From Vicinamibacteria bacterium (GTDB lineage: Bacteria; Acidobacteriota; Vicinamibacteria; Fen-336; JAGNNV01), in NCBI GenBank assembly GCA_019694155.1, contig JAIBCN010000230.1, positions 3,536 to 67,535 on the forward strand: a DNA stretch of 64,000 bases, written 5' to 3'. Shown piece after piece: positions 27,879 to 37,113 of the stretch; positions within the stretch are counted from its first letter, which is position 1, and each line of letters opens with the position of its first letter. The translations under genes and the position numbers were made by a program. The notes below the pieces were generated by a model, which saw nothing but the letters and a program-made list of their open reading frames with translations, made no database searches and was not told the origin of the DNA.

Positions 27879-29024
27879 TCAGAGATCCTCCGCGATCCTC
27901 GACGCCGCAAGCGCCGTGATGTCCTTCGCAAGCGGGAAGGTCTCTACTCCCGCGTGGATGATGTACGCATGGCGCAGCCCGAGCACGGAGATTGCCGATC
28001 GGAGGGACTTCGTGACTTGCGGCGCGCTCGTGCGCTTCGCCTCGAACCCGATGCGCCTCGATCCTCTGATCCAGAGCATGTCGAGCTCGGCGCCGCCATG
28101 AGTGGCCCAGAAGAACGTCTCCGAGGAGTCGGCCTCGACCCGGGCCGCCGCCTGCTGAAGCACGAATCCTTCCCACGAGGCGCCGAGGAGAGGGTGGCGC
28201 TCGAGGTCGCGGAGCGTCGGGATTCCCAGGAGGGCGTGAAGAAGGCCGGAGTCGCGGATGAGAACCTTCGGCGCTTTGACCTGGCGACGGTCGATGTTGA
28301 CGTGCCAGGGCTTGAGGGTGCGCACCACGAGCGCCTTTTCCAGGATCTCGAGGTAATGGCCCACCGTTCCCTCACTGACCGCGAGCGAGCGGGCCAGCTC
28401 GGCCGCGTTCCAGGTGCGCGCGTGGTAGTGGGCGAGCATGCTCCAGAAACGCGAGAGGCGCGGCGCTTCGATGCGGATGCCGAGCTGGGGGATGTCCCGC
28501 TCGATGAATGTGCGGATGAACGCCCGTCGCCATTCCAGGCTTCGCGCTTCGGAAGGCGCCGCGTAGCTTCGCGGAAAGCCGCCGCGGAGCCAGAGACGAT
28601 TGAGGTGCGGCGCGCCCACGTCGCGGAGACGCAGCCCTTCGAGGGTGTGGTAGGCGATGCGTCCGGCGAGGCTCTCCGACGACTGCCGGAGCAGCTCTGG
28701 CGATGCGCTCCCCAGGATGAGAAAGCGGGCGGGCAGGGGGTGGCGGTCGGCGAGGACGCGGAGGGTTTCGAAAAGGCCCGGGCGGCGCTGGATCTCGTCG
28801 AGGATCACAAGGCCGCGAAGGGGCTTGAGGGCAAGGCCCGGGTCCGAGAGCCGGGCGAGGTCGTCCGGATCCTCGAGGTCGAAGCTCTCCACCGAGCGGC
28901 TGGCCGCCGCGATCTGGCGGGCCAGGGTTGTCTTGCCCGATTGGCGCGGTCCCAGGAGAGCCACGACGGGGAAGTGCCCGAGAAGTCGGCGAACGGCAGA
29001 GATCTCGTCAAGCCGCGGAATCAC
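27879..29024 (-). CDS. AAA+ ATPase (DUF4143 family)
   Basis: Walker A LLGPRQSGKTTLARQ, Walker B ILDEIQR, and the C-terminal DUF4143-like region. Confidence 0.7.
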   Translation of the reverse strand: MIPRLDEISAVRRLLGHFPVVALLGPRQSGKTTLARQIAAASRSVESFDLEDPDDLARLSDPGLALKPLRGLVILDEIQRRPGLFETLRVLADRHPLPARFLILGSASPELLRQSSESLAGRIAYHTLEGLRLRDVGAPHLNRLWLRGGFPRSYAAPSEARSLEWRRAFIRTFIERDIPQLGIRIEAPRLSRFWSMLAHYHARTWNAAELARSLAVSEGTVGHYLEILEKALVVRTLKPWHVNIDRRQVKAPKVLIRDSGLLHALLGIPTLRDLERHPLLGASWEGFVLQQAAARVEADSSETFFWATHGGAELDMLWIRGSRRIGFEAKRTSAPQVTKSLRSAISVLGLRHAYIIHAGVETFPLAKDITALAASRIAEDL

Positions 29025-29075
29025 GGCCGGAATCGTACTATGAAAATCCGTATCTTAGCTACGGATTTTCATACA

Positions 29076-30146
29076 TCAGGATCCCCCTTTCGTCGAGGGG
29101 TGCAGGCTTCGAAAGTGCTCACGCCATTCGGCCGAGCGGTATCGGATGACCTTCAGCAGGGATAGGTCGACTCGCTTCGCGTCGCCGAGCGCTTCGGCGT
29201 CGTACAGATCGAACCCGTCGGGCTGAAAGGCGAGCGTCAGGTATTGCCCGTACTGAATCGCGTTCTGCATATCCTCGAAGCTCGGGACGTCGCCGGCGAT
29301 CCAGCCGCCGTTCGCGTGATGGGGGGCATGGGTGTGCCAGCCGCCCACGTACCGCCCCTGCCAGTCGGTGCTGGTGACCAGGGTCAATTGTTCCTCGGGG
29401 CCGAGGGAGTAGGTGGGGGCGGCGTTTTGGGCCACGGTCAAAAGGGCGCGGCGGACTTCTTCCGCGCTGCCGGGTGAGCCGAGGCGGAAACGCGCCACTG
29501 CGACTTTCAGCAGACCGTGGGTGTCGATCACCGCGACTTGAGCGGCGCGCCTTTCGCAAAGCCCTGCGATGGCCCTGGCGTCTCCCGCTGCTTTGACGAG
29601 ATCCTGGATCGTCGACCACCGCGGGTCGCGGGCCTCGACGAGGCGCAGCTCGGTGTCCAGCGTTGCTTCACCGCCGGTTTCCGGCGTGAGCCACTTCGGG
29701 CCGATCCGCACGCCGCGCTCGATCATGGCTTCGAAGATCGCGCGAATGCGAGCGATGGAGGCGGGCGAGAGGGCGCCCCCGCGGAGCTGCGCGTGAGTGA
29801 TGGGGTTGTCCTTCGGGGCTTCGAGGCGGCGCCACTGGTCAAGGCGCGAGAGCGTGCGCGCCATGGTGGCTGAGAGTGCGAGCGTTCCCGAGGCCGCGTC
29901 TTGAAGAAGCAGATCGTGCGGCCGGAGGATGAACGGTTTCGGATGCGAGCGGATCCAGGGAATGAGCGCCCGGGCTTCCGCTCCCAGGCCAAGGTGATCG
30001 ATGCCGATGATCTGCGGCAGATCTTCGGCGATCACCGCGTCCTTCAGGGGCACGCTGGCCGGACGGGACTGCGGCGGGCCTGCGGCGATCGAAAAGGCGG
30101 CGAGAGCCGGGATCAGGAGAAACGATCGGGCGGCCCGGTGTGGCAC
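29076..30146 (-). CDS. secreted hypothetical protein with possible JAMM/MPN (RadC-like) motif
   Basis: Signal peptide. GGWHTHAPHHANGGWIAGDVPSFEDMQ resembles the RadC/JAB motif HNHPSGDPTPSQADIQ (HxH...GD.PS..D.Q) with an insertion. Confidence 0.45.
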   Translation of the reverse strand: MPHRAARSFLLIPALAAFSIAAGPPQSRPASVPLKDAVIAEDLPQIIGIDHLGLGAEARALIPWIRSHPKPFILRPHDLLLQDAASGTLALSATMARTLSRLDQWRRLEAPKDNPITHAQLRGGALSPASIARIRAIFEAMIERGVRIGPKWLTPETGGEATLDTELRLVEARDPRWSTIQDLVKAAGDARAIAGLCERRAAQVAVIDTHGLLKVAVARFRLGSPGSAEEVRRALLTVAQNAAPTYSLGPEEQLTLVTSTDWQGRYVGGWHTHAPHHANGGWIAGDVPSFEDMQNAIQYGQYLTLAFQPDGFDLYDAEALGDAKRVDLSLLKVIRYRSAEWREHFRSLHPSTKGGS

Positions 30147-30330
30147 GCCTCATCCTAGAAGACGGAGGCTGGCCACGCCGGATTGCCCCGAGGCGGGGCA
30201 GGCTTGTCCTTGTCCGGGCGGGCGAGAGAGTGCGGGCTGGAGGGCCCAAGTTGTTCGGAAGGAGACGCTTAGAGCTCCCGGATCCGCCTTCGACTACGGC
30301 GGCACAGGCCTTGAACCACAGCCGGCCGTC

Positions 30331-31089
30331 ATGCCCCTCCGAAAGCCCGCGCTCGATCCCGAGACCCTTGCCGAGCTGAGCCTTCTTGGCGAACGGTACG
30401 GTGTCGATTTCACTCGCCCGATCGTGAACCTCTTTCGCCGCGATGCTCCGGCCCGCCTCGAGCAACTTCACAAGGCCGTCGTTTCGGACGATTTCGAAGG
30501 CACCGAGCGGGCCGCCCACAGTCTGCGCGGCAGCGCCGCCCAGGTGGGGGCGATGCGGCTCGCGTCCCTTGGCCGCTACGTGGAGACGCGGCCGACCGGG
30601 CACACCACGCAGAGCCTGCGACGCTGGATTCCCGTTCTCGAGAACGAGCTGAATCGGGTGCTCGCCGCGCTGCCGGGCGACGCCCCGGAAGTTCCTTCCA
30701 CGCCGGCCTCGCGGCGGACTCGCGTTCTGGTGGCCGACGATGAACCTCACATCTCGCTCTTTCTCTCGAGCGTCCTTGGCGCCGAAGGGTACGACACGCG
30801 CGAGGCCGCGACCGAAGCGCGGATCATGGATGAAGTCGCTTCGTTCCATCCGGACCTCCTGCTCCTCGACTGGTTCCTGACCGACACCACGGCCCCCGAC
30901 ATCATGGGGCGGCTCGACGGCACGGTGAACCGGCCCGCCGTGGTCGTGCTCTCGTCTCGCGCGCAGGACTCTTCCCTCCTTCGACAGCTCGACAAGCACG
31001 GCCTCACCGCCTGCCTGCCCAAACCCATCGGCCCGCGCGCCCTCGTCCAGGCGTTGCGCGACGCCGGCTTTGGAGCCCGAACATGCTGA
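30331..31089 (+). CDS. Hpt domain + response-regulator receiver protein
   Basis: Hpt-like HSLRGSAAQVGA followed by a receiver domain (VLVADDEPH..LLLLDW..LPKP). Confidence 0.6.
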   Translation: MPLRKPALDPETLAELSLLGERYGVDFTRPIVNLFRRDAPARLEQLHKAVVSDDFEGTERAAHSLRGSAAQVGAMRLASLGRYVETRPTGHTTQSLRRWIPVLENELNRVLAALPGDAPEVPSTPASRRTRVLVADDEPHISLFLSSVLGAEGYDTREAATEARIMDEVASFHPDLLLLDWFLTDTTAPDIMGRLDGTVNRPAVVVLSSRAQDSSLLRQLDKHGLTACLPKPIGPRALVQALRDAGFGARTC

Positions 31090-32354
31090 TGCACGAAACC
31101 TCGCCGGATGCCGTGGTCTCCGGCCTCGTGGGCGAACTCGCCCGGGCCTGGGACGGACTCGATGCTCTCTCCAAGATCATCGCCGCGCGGGGCGGCACGG
31201 ATGGCGGGGGACCGGTGCTGCACCGGTTGCTGGAAACCGCCTGCATCGCGCGTCCCGAGGTTCGGTCCGCGGTCTGGAAGACCGAAGGAGAGCAGCTGAT
31301 CCCGGTCGCGCAGTTCGGCTGCCTCACCATCGACCCCACGGCCCTCGCTCTGGCCGAGGCGTGCTCGCGGAGCGGCCGCACCCGCATCCTCAACGCTGAC
31401 GGTGTCTCCTCCTCCGACTCCACCGGACGCGACCCCCGGGTCATCGCCACCCCCGGCCGCTCTCCATCGGGCCGCCGGGCGGTTCTCGCTTTCTGGAGTC
31501 CCGCGGACGCCGCGCCGTTCGATTCGCACACCGTGCGGATCGCGGAGGCGCTGGCCCTTCAGGTGGCTCTCATCTTCGAGGAAGAGGAATGGACGAGCCG
31601 CCTCCTCAATCAGGAGCGCGCCGATGCCGACCTCGGGGCGGCCCGCCGCATCCAGGCCTCGCTGCTCGAATCGCCGCGGGTGGGAGAGAGCGGCCCCGTC
31701 TCGTGGGCGAGCTTCTCGCGGCCGTCGCGCGTGGTGGGCGGCGACTTTCACGATGTGAATGTCCGGCCCGGCGGCGGCGTCGACGTGGTGCTCGGCGACG
31801 TGATGGGGAAGGGGCTTCCCGCGGCCCTTCTTGGCGCGGCCTGCCTGAACCATGTCTTTCGCGCCGCCGCGGCGTCGGACCCTTCGGCAAGGCTCTGCCA
31901 GATCCTCAGCCGCACCAACGAAACACTCACGCCGGAGCTCGTCCGCCTGGAGACCTTCGCCAGCATGATCCTCGTCCGCATCGACGGCGACCCGCTGCGG
32001 CTGACCGTGGCGGATGCCGGCCACGCGAGCCTCGTGATCCGCGGCGCCGACGGCGGCGTCTTCAAGCCCCGCGGGCGCGAGACGCTCCTCGGCGTGGAGC
32101 GCGAGCCCTTCGGCGAGACCACGGTGGCGCTGTCCCCGGGCGACCTGATCGTCGTCTTCACCGACGGCCTCACGGACGTGGGGCGAAAGAGCCGCCATAC
32201 CTTCGACGTGGCCGGGTGGCTTGCGGACTCGCGCGCCCTGACGCCTGCCGACGTGGTGTCCGAGCTGTCCGCGATGATCGAGAAATTCTGTCCGGCGGGC
32301 GATGCGCCCGAGGACGACATCACTTTCGTGGCCATCGGGATCGGTGACCGCTGA
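31083..32354 (+). CDS. GAF-domain PP2C-type Ser phosphatase (RsbU/SpoIIE family)
   Basis: C-terminal PP2C motifs GGDFHDV, VLGDVMGKG and FTDGLTD, with an N-terminal GAF-like region. Confidence 0.75.
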   Translation: MLMHETSPDAVVSGLVGELARAWDGLDALSKIIAARGGTDGGGPVLHRLLETACIARPEVRSAVWKTEGEQLIPVAQFGCLTIDPTALALAEACSRSGRTRILNADGVSSSDSTGRDPRVIATPGRSPSGRRAVLAFWSPADAAPFDSHTVRIAEALALQVALIFEEEEWTSRLLNQERADADLGAARRIQASLLESPRVGESGPVSWASFSRPSRVVGGDFHDVNVRPGGGVDVVLGDVMGKGLPAALLGAACLNHVFRAAAASDPSARLCQILSRTNETLTPELVRLETFASMILVRIDGDPLRLTVADAGHASLVIRGADGGVFKPRGRETLLGVEREPFGETTVALSPGDLIVVFTDGLTDVGRKSRHTFDVAGWLADSRALTPADVVSELSAMIEKFCPAGDAPEDDITFVAIGIGDR

Positions 32355-32806
32355 TGGAACCCGTCCCCGTCGCTCAGGTCGACGTCCCCGCCGCGGAGGC
32401 GAGCCTCCCTTTCTTGAGGCGCTGGGCCGAGACGGTGTGGAACGAATCCTGTCCCCTCGCACCTCCGCAAGGCCTCCACACCTTCGTTCTCGCCGTGCAC
32501 GAGGCCTTCCGCAACGTGATCGAGCACGGTTGCGAGGAGGGCCGAGGTCCCATCCGCATCGAGGTGACGCGCACCCGCGGCGCGCTCACCGTGCGCCTCA
32601 CTTATGACGGCATCCCGTTCGACGGGGTCGCCGCGCCCGCGAGCTTCGACGGGTCCCGGGACCGCGGCTTCGGCATGTACCTCATGACCCGCTCCTTGAG
32701 CCGGGTGACGCACACGACGCTGCGCGAAGGCCGGCAGCAAATGGAACTGACCAAGTCGATCCCGCGCCCGAAGCGCGCCGACAACATCTCTGGAGATAAG
32801 AAATGA
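32354..32806 (+). CDS. anti-sigma regulatory factor / RsbW-like Ser-Thr kinase (HATPase_c)
   Basis: 150 aa. EAFRNVIEHG.. (N-box) and DRGFGMYLM (G-box). One-nucleotide start/stop overlap with the PP2C gene. Confidence 0.65.
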   Translation: MEPVPVAQVDVPAAEASLPFLRRWAETVWNESCPLAPPQGLHTFVLAVHEAFRNVIEHGCEEGRGPIRIEVTRTRGALTVRLTYDGIPFDGVAAPASFDGSRDRGFGMYLMTRSLSRVTHTTLREGRQQMELTKSIPRPKRADNISGDKK

Positions 32807-33129
32807 TCAAGAACGCAGGCGTATCGAACGGGTGGACCGTCCTTTCGGTCAACTCGGAAACCGTGGACAGCAGCAACGTCTTCCAGTTCAAGGCCGGCAT
32901 GCAGCCCTTCCGCACCGCGGGAGCGAAGCTCATCCTGGACCTCGGAGCCGTGGAGTTCATGGACAGCTCCGCTCTCGGCGCTCTCCTCACCGCCACCCGC
33001 GCCGTCGAGGCGTCGGGCGGGGCCTTGAGGCTCGTGAGCCTCACCCCGCCGGTGCGGACGCTCTTCGAGCTCGTGCGGCTCCATCGCGTCTTCGACATCA
33101 TGAACGACCTGGCCGAGGCCGCCGCGTGA
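32803..33129 (+). CDS. STAS-domain anti-sigma-factor antagonist (RsbV/SpoIIAA-like)
   Basis: 108 aa containing LDLGAVEFMDSSALGALL, where the phosphorylatable Ser lies. ATGA coupling to the preceding gene. Confidence 0.7.
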   Translation: MIKNAGVSNGWTVLSVNSETVDSSNVFQFKAGMQPFRTAGAKLILDLGAVEFMDSSALGALLTATRAVEASGGALRLVSLTPPVRTLFELVRLHRVFDIMNDLAEAAA

Positions 33130-34334
33130 ACTCTCCGGAACTCCGGCCGGGCCCGCCCTCTTCGCGCGGCAAGAGCCTGACCCTGGCGGTCTTCATCGAT
33201 GCCCTGGGCGCCGAGGTCGCGGAGCGCCACGGTTTCCTCGAAGGACACCTCGAGACCCGCGCCCGCGTCGACACCGTCCTCGGCTACAGCTGCACCTGCG
33301 TCCCGACCATCCTTACCGGCCGCCTGCCCGAAGAGCATGGGCATTTCTCGTTCTTCCGGTTCGATCCCGAAAGGTCGCCCTTCCGCGGCCTCGAGTGGCT
33401 GCGCTTCATGCCGAAGGCCGTGACCTCGCGCGCCCGCGTGCGGAACGCGATCTCCAAGGTGGTGGGGTCGTACCTCGGGTTCAACGGCTACTTCAACCTC
33501 TACAACGTCCCCTTCGAGCGCCTGCCCTACCTCGACTACACCGAGCGCAAGGACCTCTACGAGCCGGGCGGCATCATCGAAGGCCAGGAGACGCTCTTCG
33601 ACCACATGCGCTCGGAGAGGATCTCCTTCGCCCTCGCCGACTGGCGGGCCAATGAGGCGTCGAACGTGGAGGCGCTCGGCCGGGCCATCCGTTCGAGGGA
33701 GGTGGACTTCGCGTATCTCTACCTCGCCCGGCTCGACGGCATCATGCACGCGGCCGGTCCCGAGGACGACGCGGCTTCCGCCCACATCCGCGGTTACGAG
33801 CAGACCATCCTCAGGATGGTCGATCTCGCCCACAAGAACTACGACCAGGTCCGCCTTCACGTCTTCTCGGATCACGGCATGACCCCGATCCGCGAGACGG
33901 TGGACATAAGGTCGCGCATCGACGCCCTCGGCCTCACTTTCGGACGCGATTACGGCGCGGTGTACGACTCGACCATGGCGCGCTTCTGGTACCTGCGCGA
34001 AGGCGTGCAGGGCCGCATCGAAGACGCCCTGCGCCATTGTGCACAGGGGCGCTGGTTCGAAGCGCAGCAGCAGAAGCTCGCGGGATGTCACTTCGAGGAC
34101 GCGCGCTACGGCGAGGGCATGTTCCTGCTGAATCCCGGAGTGCTGCTGTGCCCGAGCGACATGGGCGAACGGCCGATCGCGGGGATGCACGGCTATCACC
34201 CCGCCGATGCCGACTCCACCGCCTTTTTCGGCTCCACGGAGACGATCGCTCCGCCCCGGCGCCTCGACGGCCTTCATGACCTCCTTCTGGGCTCGGCCCG
34301 CGAGAACAGCGCTCTTCGATCGGAGGCCGCGTGA
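33126..34334 (+). CDS. alkaline-phosphatase-superfamily protein (type I phosphodiesterase / nucleotide pyrophosphatase-like)
   Basis: GTG start overlapping the STAS stop (GTGA). The fold has GYSCTCVPTILTG near the N-terminus and FSDHGM near the C-terminus. Confidence 0.55.
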   Translation: MNSPELRPGPPSSRGKSLTLAVFIDALGAEVAERHGFLEGHLETRARVDTVLGYSCTCVPTILTGRLPEEHGHFSFFRFDPERSPFRGLEWLRFMPKAVTSRARVRNAISKVVGSYLGFNGYFNLYNVPFERLPYLDYTERKDLYEPGGIIEGQETLFDHMRSERISFALADWRANEASNVEALGRAIRSREVDFAYLYLARLDGIMHAAGPEDDAASAHIRGYEQTILRMVDLAHKNYDQVRLHVFSDHGMTPIRETVDIRSRIDALGLTFGRDYGAVYDSTMARFWYLREGVQGRIEDALRHCAQGRWFEAQQQKLAGCHFEDARYGEGMFLLNPGVLLCPSDMGERPIAGMHGYHPADADSTAFFGSTETIAPPRRLDGLHDLLLGSARENSALRSEAA

Positions 34335-35899
34335 CCGCCACCGCAGCCGGGGAACAAGGCGTGGTGGGCCGTGTCGCCTGGGGAACCTTCGCGAGCCTGG
34401 GGCGGATCGGCGTCACTTTCGCCGTCTGGTTCCTGCTCACCCCCTTCATGATCCACTCGCTCGGCGCCGAGGGGTACGGCCTGTGGTCGCTTCTCTTCTC
34501 GATGGTGGGTTTCCTCTCCCTGCTCGACCTCGGCACGGGAGCGGGTGTGGTCCGCTGCGTCGCCGAGACGCGCGGCCACGGGCGGCTCCACGAGCGCGAC
34601 GAGGCGCTCTCCACCTATCTTGCGTCGTCCCTGGTGCTCTCCCTGATCGGCGTGCTGGGCATCGGAGCCATGGATCTTTGGGCCCTGCCCGCCCTGGGCA
34701 TTCCCACGGGGGCGCTTCCCATCGCGCGCACGGCTCTGTGGCTCGTCGGCCTGCGCAGTTTCATCCTGGCGGTCCCGCTCGGCTTCGTCCGGGGCGTCCT
34801 CTTCGGAGAGAACCGCCTGGTGGCGCTCAATGTCGCGCAGGCGGTGTCCACGGTGATTGGCGGCCTGCTGACCGCGGGCGTTCTGGCCCTGGGGGCGGGT
34901 GTGCGCGGCGTGGCGTGGGCCGGGCTCTTGGGCATGCTCATCGAGCATCTCTTCTATCTGCGGCTCGCCCTGCCCTACCTGCGCGGCATGCGGCTTTCCT
35001 GGCGGCGCGTGACGCTTCGCGCTCTGCGCCGAGCCTCGTCCCTGGGTTTGGCGCAGCTGATGATTGCGGCTTCCGGCCTCGTCCTGCTTCGCACGGATCC
35101 TCTGATCGTCCAGGCCTTCTTCGGCATGGCCGCGGTATCGATGTACGCAGTGGCCATGAAGGTGGCGGAGAACACGTTCCTCATCATCAAGCAGTTCGTG
35201 AACGCCCTCTCGCCGCTGATCGCGGAGTGGCACGCCGCCGGGAAGACGACCGAGTTACGGGAACTCATGGTGCGGGCCACGAGGCTCGCCGGGATTCCCG
35301 CGGCCCTGATCGGTGGCGCGGCCATCGGCGGCGGCTCTTCCCTCCTGCGCCTGTGGCTTGGTCCCGAGTTCGAGGCGGCGGCGCTGCCCATGCGGATCCT
35401 GGTGCTGTCCATGGTGCTGACCGTGCCGCAGATGGTGGTGTTCGGGCTGCTCACGTATTCCGATCGGCACCACCTGCCCGCGCGGGCCTCGGTGGTGGCG
35501 GCTCTCGTCAACCTCGCCCTCTCCCTTCTCCTGGTTCGCCCCTTCGGTCTATCGGGGGTGGCGCTTGGAACACTGGGGGCGACCGCCATCGTCGATGTGG
35601 TCTACGTTCTTCGCTCAGGGACGTCGGCGTTTGGCCTGTCGTTCCCCGAACTCGCGCGTCGGGCCCTTCTGCCCACGTGGACTCCTCTCGTGCTGCTGAG
35701 CGCGTTCCTCGCGGTCTGGTTCCAGGCGGCTCCGCCGCGAAACCTCGTTGACTTCGCTTTGAAGACGGGCATCGGGATGTCTCTCGGCGCTCTCCTGCTG
35801 GGCCGCCTGGCCCTCGAACCCGAAGAGCGGGCGCTGATCCTGGGGAAGATGCAGCGGCTCGCCGCCTCGTTCCCGAGCCCCTCGTGGAGGACCGCGTGA
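34331..35899 (+). CDS. polysaccharide flippase (Wzx / MOP superfamily)
   Basis: 522 aa with 12-14 predicted TM helices. GTG start coupled to the preceding stop. Confidence 0.7.
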   Translation: MTATAAGEQGVVGRVAWGTFASLGRIGVTFAVWFLLTPFMIHSLGAEGYGLWSLLFSMVGFLSLLDLGTGAGVVRCVAETRGHGRLHERDEALSTYLASSLVLSLIGVLGIGAMDLWALPALGIPTGALPIARTALWLVGLRSFILAVPLGFVRGVLFGENRLVALNVAQAVSTVIGGLLTAGVLALGAGVRGVAWAGLLGMLIEHLFYLRLALPYLRGMRLSWRRVTLRALRRASSLGLAQLMIAASGLVLLRTDPLIVQAFFGMAAVSMYAVAMKVAENTFLIIKQFVNALSPLIAEWHAAGKTTELRELMVRATRLAGIPAALIGGAAIGGGSSLLRLWLGPEFEAAALPMRILVLSMVLTVPQMVVFGLLTYSDRHHLPARASVVAALVNLALSLLLVRPFGLSGVALGTLGATAIVDVVYVLRSGTSAFGLSFPELARRALLPTWTPLVLLSAFLAVWFQAAPPRNLVDFALKTGIGMSLGALLLGRLALEPEERALILGKMQRLAASFPSPSWRTA

Positions 35900-37047
35900 A
35901 GCCGCTTCTCTTTATCGTTCCCGCTCTTCCTCAGCCGCCCACCACGGGCGGGGAGATCTTCAACCAGCGCCTCGCCCACGGGCTCGCCGCGGAATGGGAT
36001 CTCACAGTGGCGACCTTCGCGGACCTGGGCGGCAGCGCGCAGATGACGGCCGCGGAATTTGAAAGGCGTCTCGTCGCGTTCGTGAAGGGCGGCGTGGAGC
36101 CGGGTCCGGTTCTCCTCGACACGTACCTGTACCGTCAGTTCGACGGCGCCCTCGACCGGCTGCGTGCGCTCGGTTTCGGACCCTTCATCGGCTTCGGCCA
36201 GGCCTGGTATCCCGGGCGCTACCGCTCGTTCCTTTCGCGCGCGCGCGTTCAGGCCCGCCTCATGCGCCTCCTGCGAAGGCTCGATCATCACGTGGTGGTG
36301 AGTGAGTCGCTCGAGTCGGATTACGCGCGGCTCGGCATCCCGCCCGCGATGGTCGATGTCGTCCTGCCGGGTTTCGATCTCGCCTCGTCTCTTCCTTCGG
36401 CCCCCTCCGAACGATCGGGCCCCTTGCGCGTGAGGATCGCGGGGACCTACATGCCGGCCAAGGGCCAGCACCTGCTGATCGAAGCGATCGAGCGCCTGGT
36501 CGCGGCGAATCCCGATCTTCCGGCCGTGATGAGGATCGAGGCTATCGGTCCGAAGGGCCAGGCTCCCGAATATGTTCGAGACCTGCAGGCGCGCGCCGAC
36601 CGGCTGCCTCCGGGCCTCGTGACATTGTCCGGCGCCACCACTCAGCCGGAACTGTGGAAGGCCTTCAGCGACACCGATGTCTTCTGCTTCCCGGCCGCCG
36701 GGGAAGGCCTTGGAATGGTCGTGGTCGAGGCGATGCTGTGCGGCGCCTTTCCCCTGGTGAGCCCGGATGGGCCGCTCGTCGAGGTGGTGGGCAAGGCGGG
36801 ACGTGTGGTTCCGCGCGACGCCACGTCGATCGCGGCGGCCCTGTCCGAACTGCTCGCGGACCCCGCGCTCCCGTCCCGGCGAAGGGAAGCGATGGAGAGG
36901 GCCCGCGCGATAGCGCCCGCATGGTCACAATCGGTCGAGCGCGTGGGACACTCGGTCAGCCGCGCTCTCGATCGCGTCATGGCGGGGCAGGATGGCCCCA
37001 GGGTGGGGCTGCTTGGCCGGCTGATACCGGGCTGGCTTCCAAGATAA
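35884..37047 (+). CDS. glycosyltransferase family 4
   Basis: C-terminal GT4 motif FPAAGEGLGMVVVEAMLCGAFPLVS. An alternative GTG start at 35896 would give a GTGA overlap with the flippase stop. Confidence 0.7.
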   Translation: MEDRVKPLLFIVPALPQPPTTGGEIFNQRLAHGLAAEWDLTVATFADLGGSAQMTAAEFERRLVAFVKGGVEPGPVLLDTYLYRQFDGALDRLRALGFGPFIGFGQAWYPGRYRSFLSRARVQARLMRLLRRLDHHVVVSESLESDYARLGIPPAMVDVVLPGFDLASSLPSAPSERSGPLRVRIAGTYMPAKGQHLLIEAIERLVAANPDLPAVMRIEAIGPKGQAPEYVRDLQARADRLPPGLVTLSGATTQPELWKAFSDTDVFCFPAAGEGLGMVVVEAMLCGAFPLVSPDGPLVEVVGKAGRVVPRDATSIAAALSELLADPALPSRRREAMERARAIAPAWSQSVERVGHSVSRALDRVMAGQDGPRVGLLGRLIPGWLPR

Positions 37048-37113
37048 ACCCATAAGAAGCAGTGTGTTGCCGGCCGGGGCAGCGCGGCACGCGGGTTGCC
37101 CGTCTAGCGGCCT

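Noticed and set aside
26123-27931. A single intact 602-aa gene
   Set aside because: It is composed of two unrelated homology blocks, a transposase N-terminus and a fragment of the 29076..30146 paralog. The blocks are joined by non-homologous sequence with a frameshift relative to the intact paralog, so it is annotated as two pseudogene fragments.
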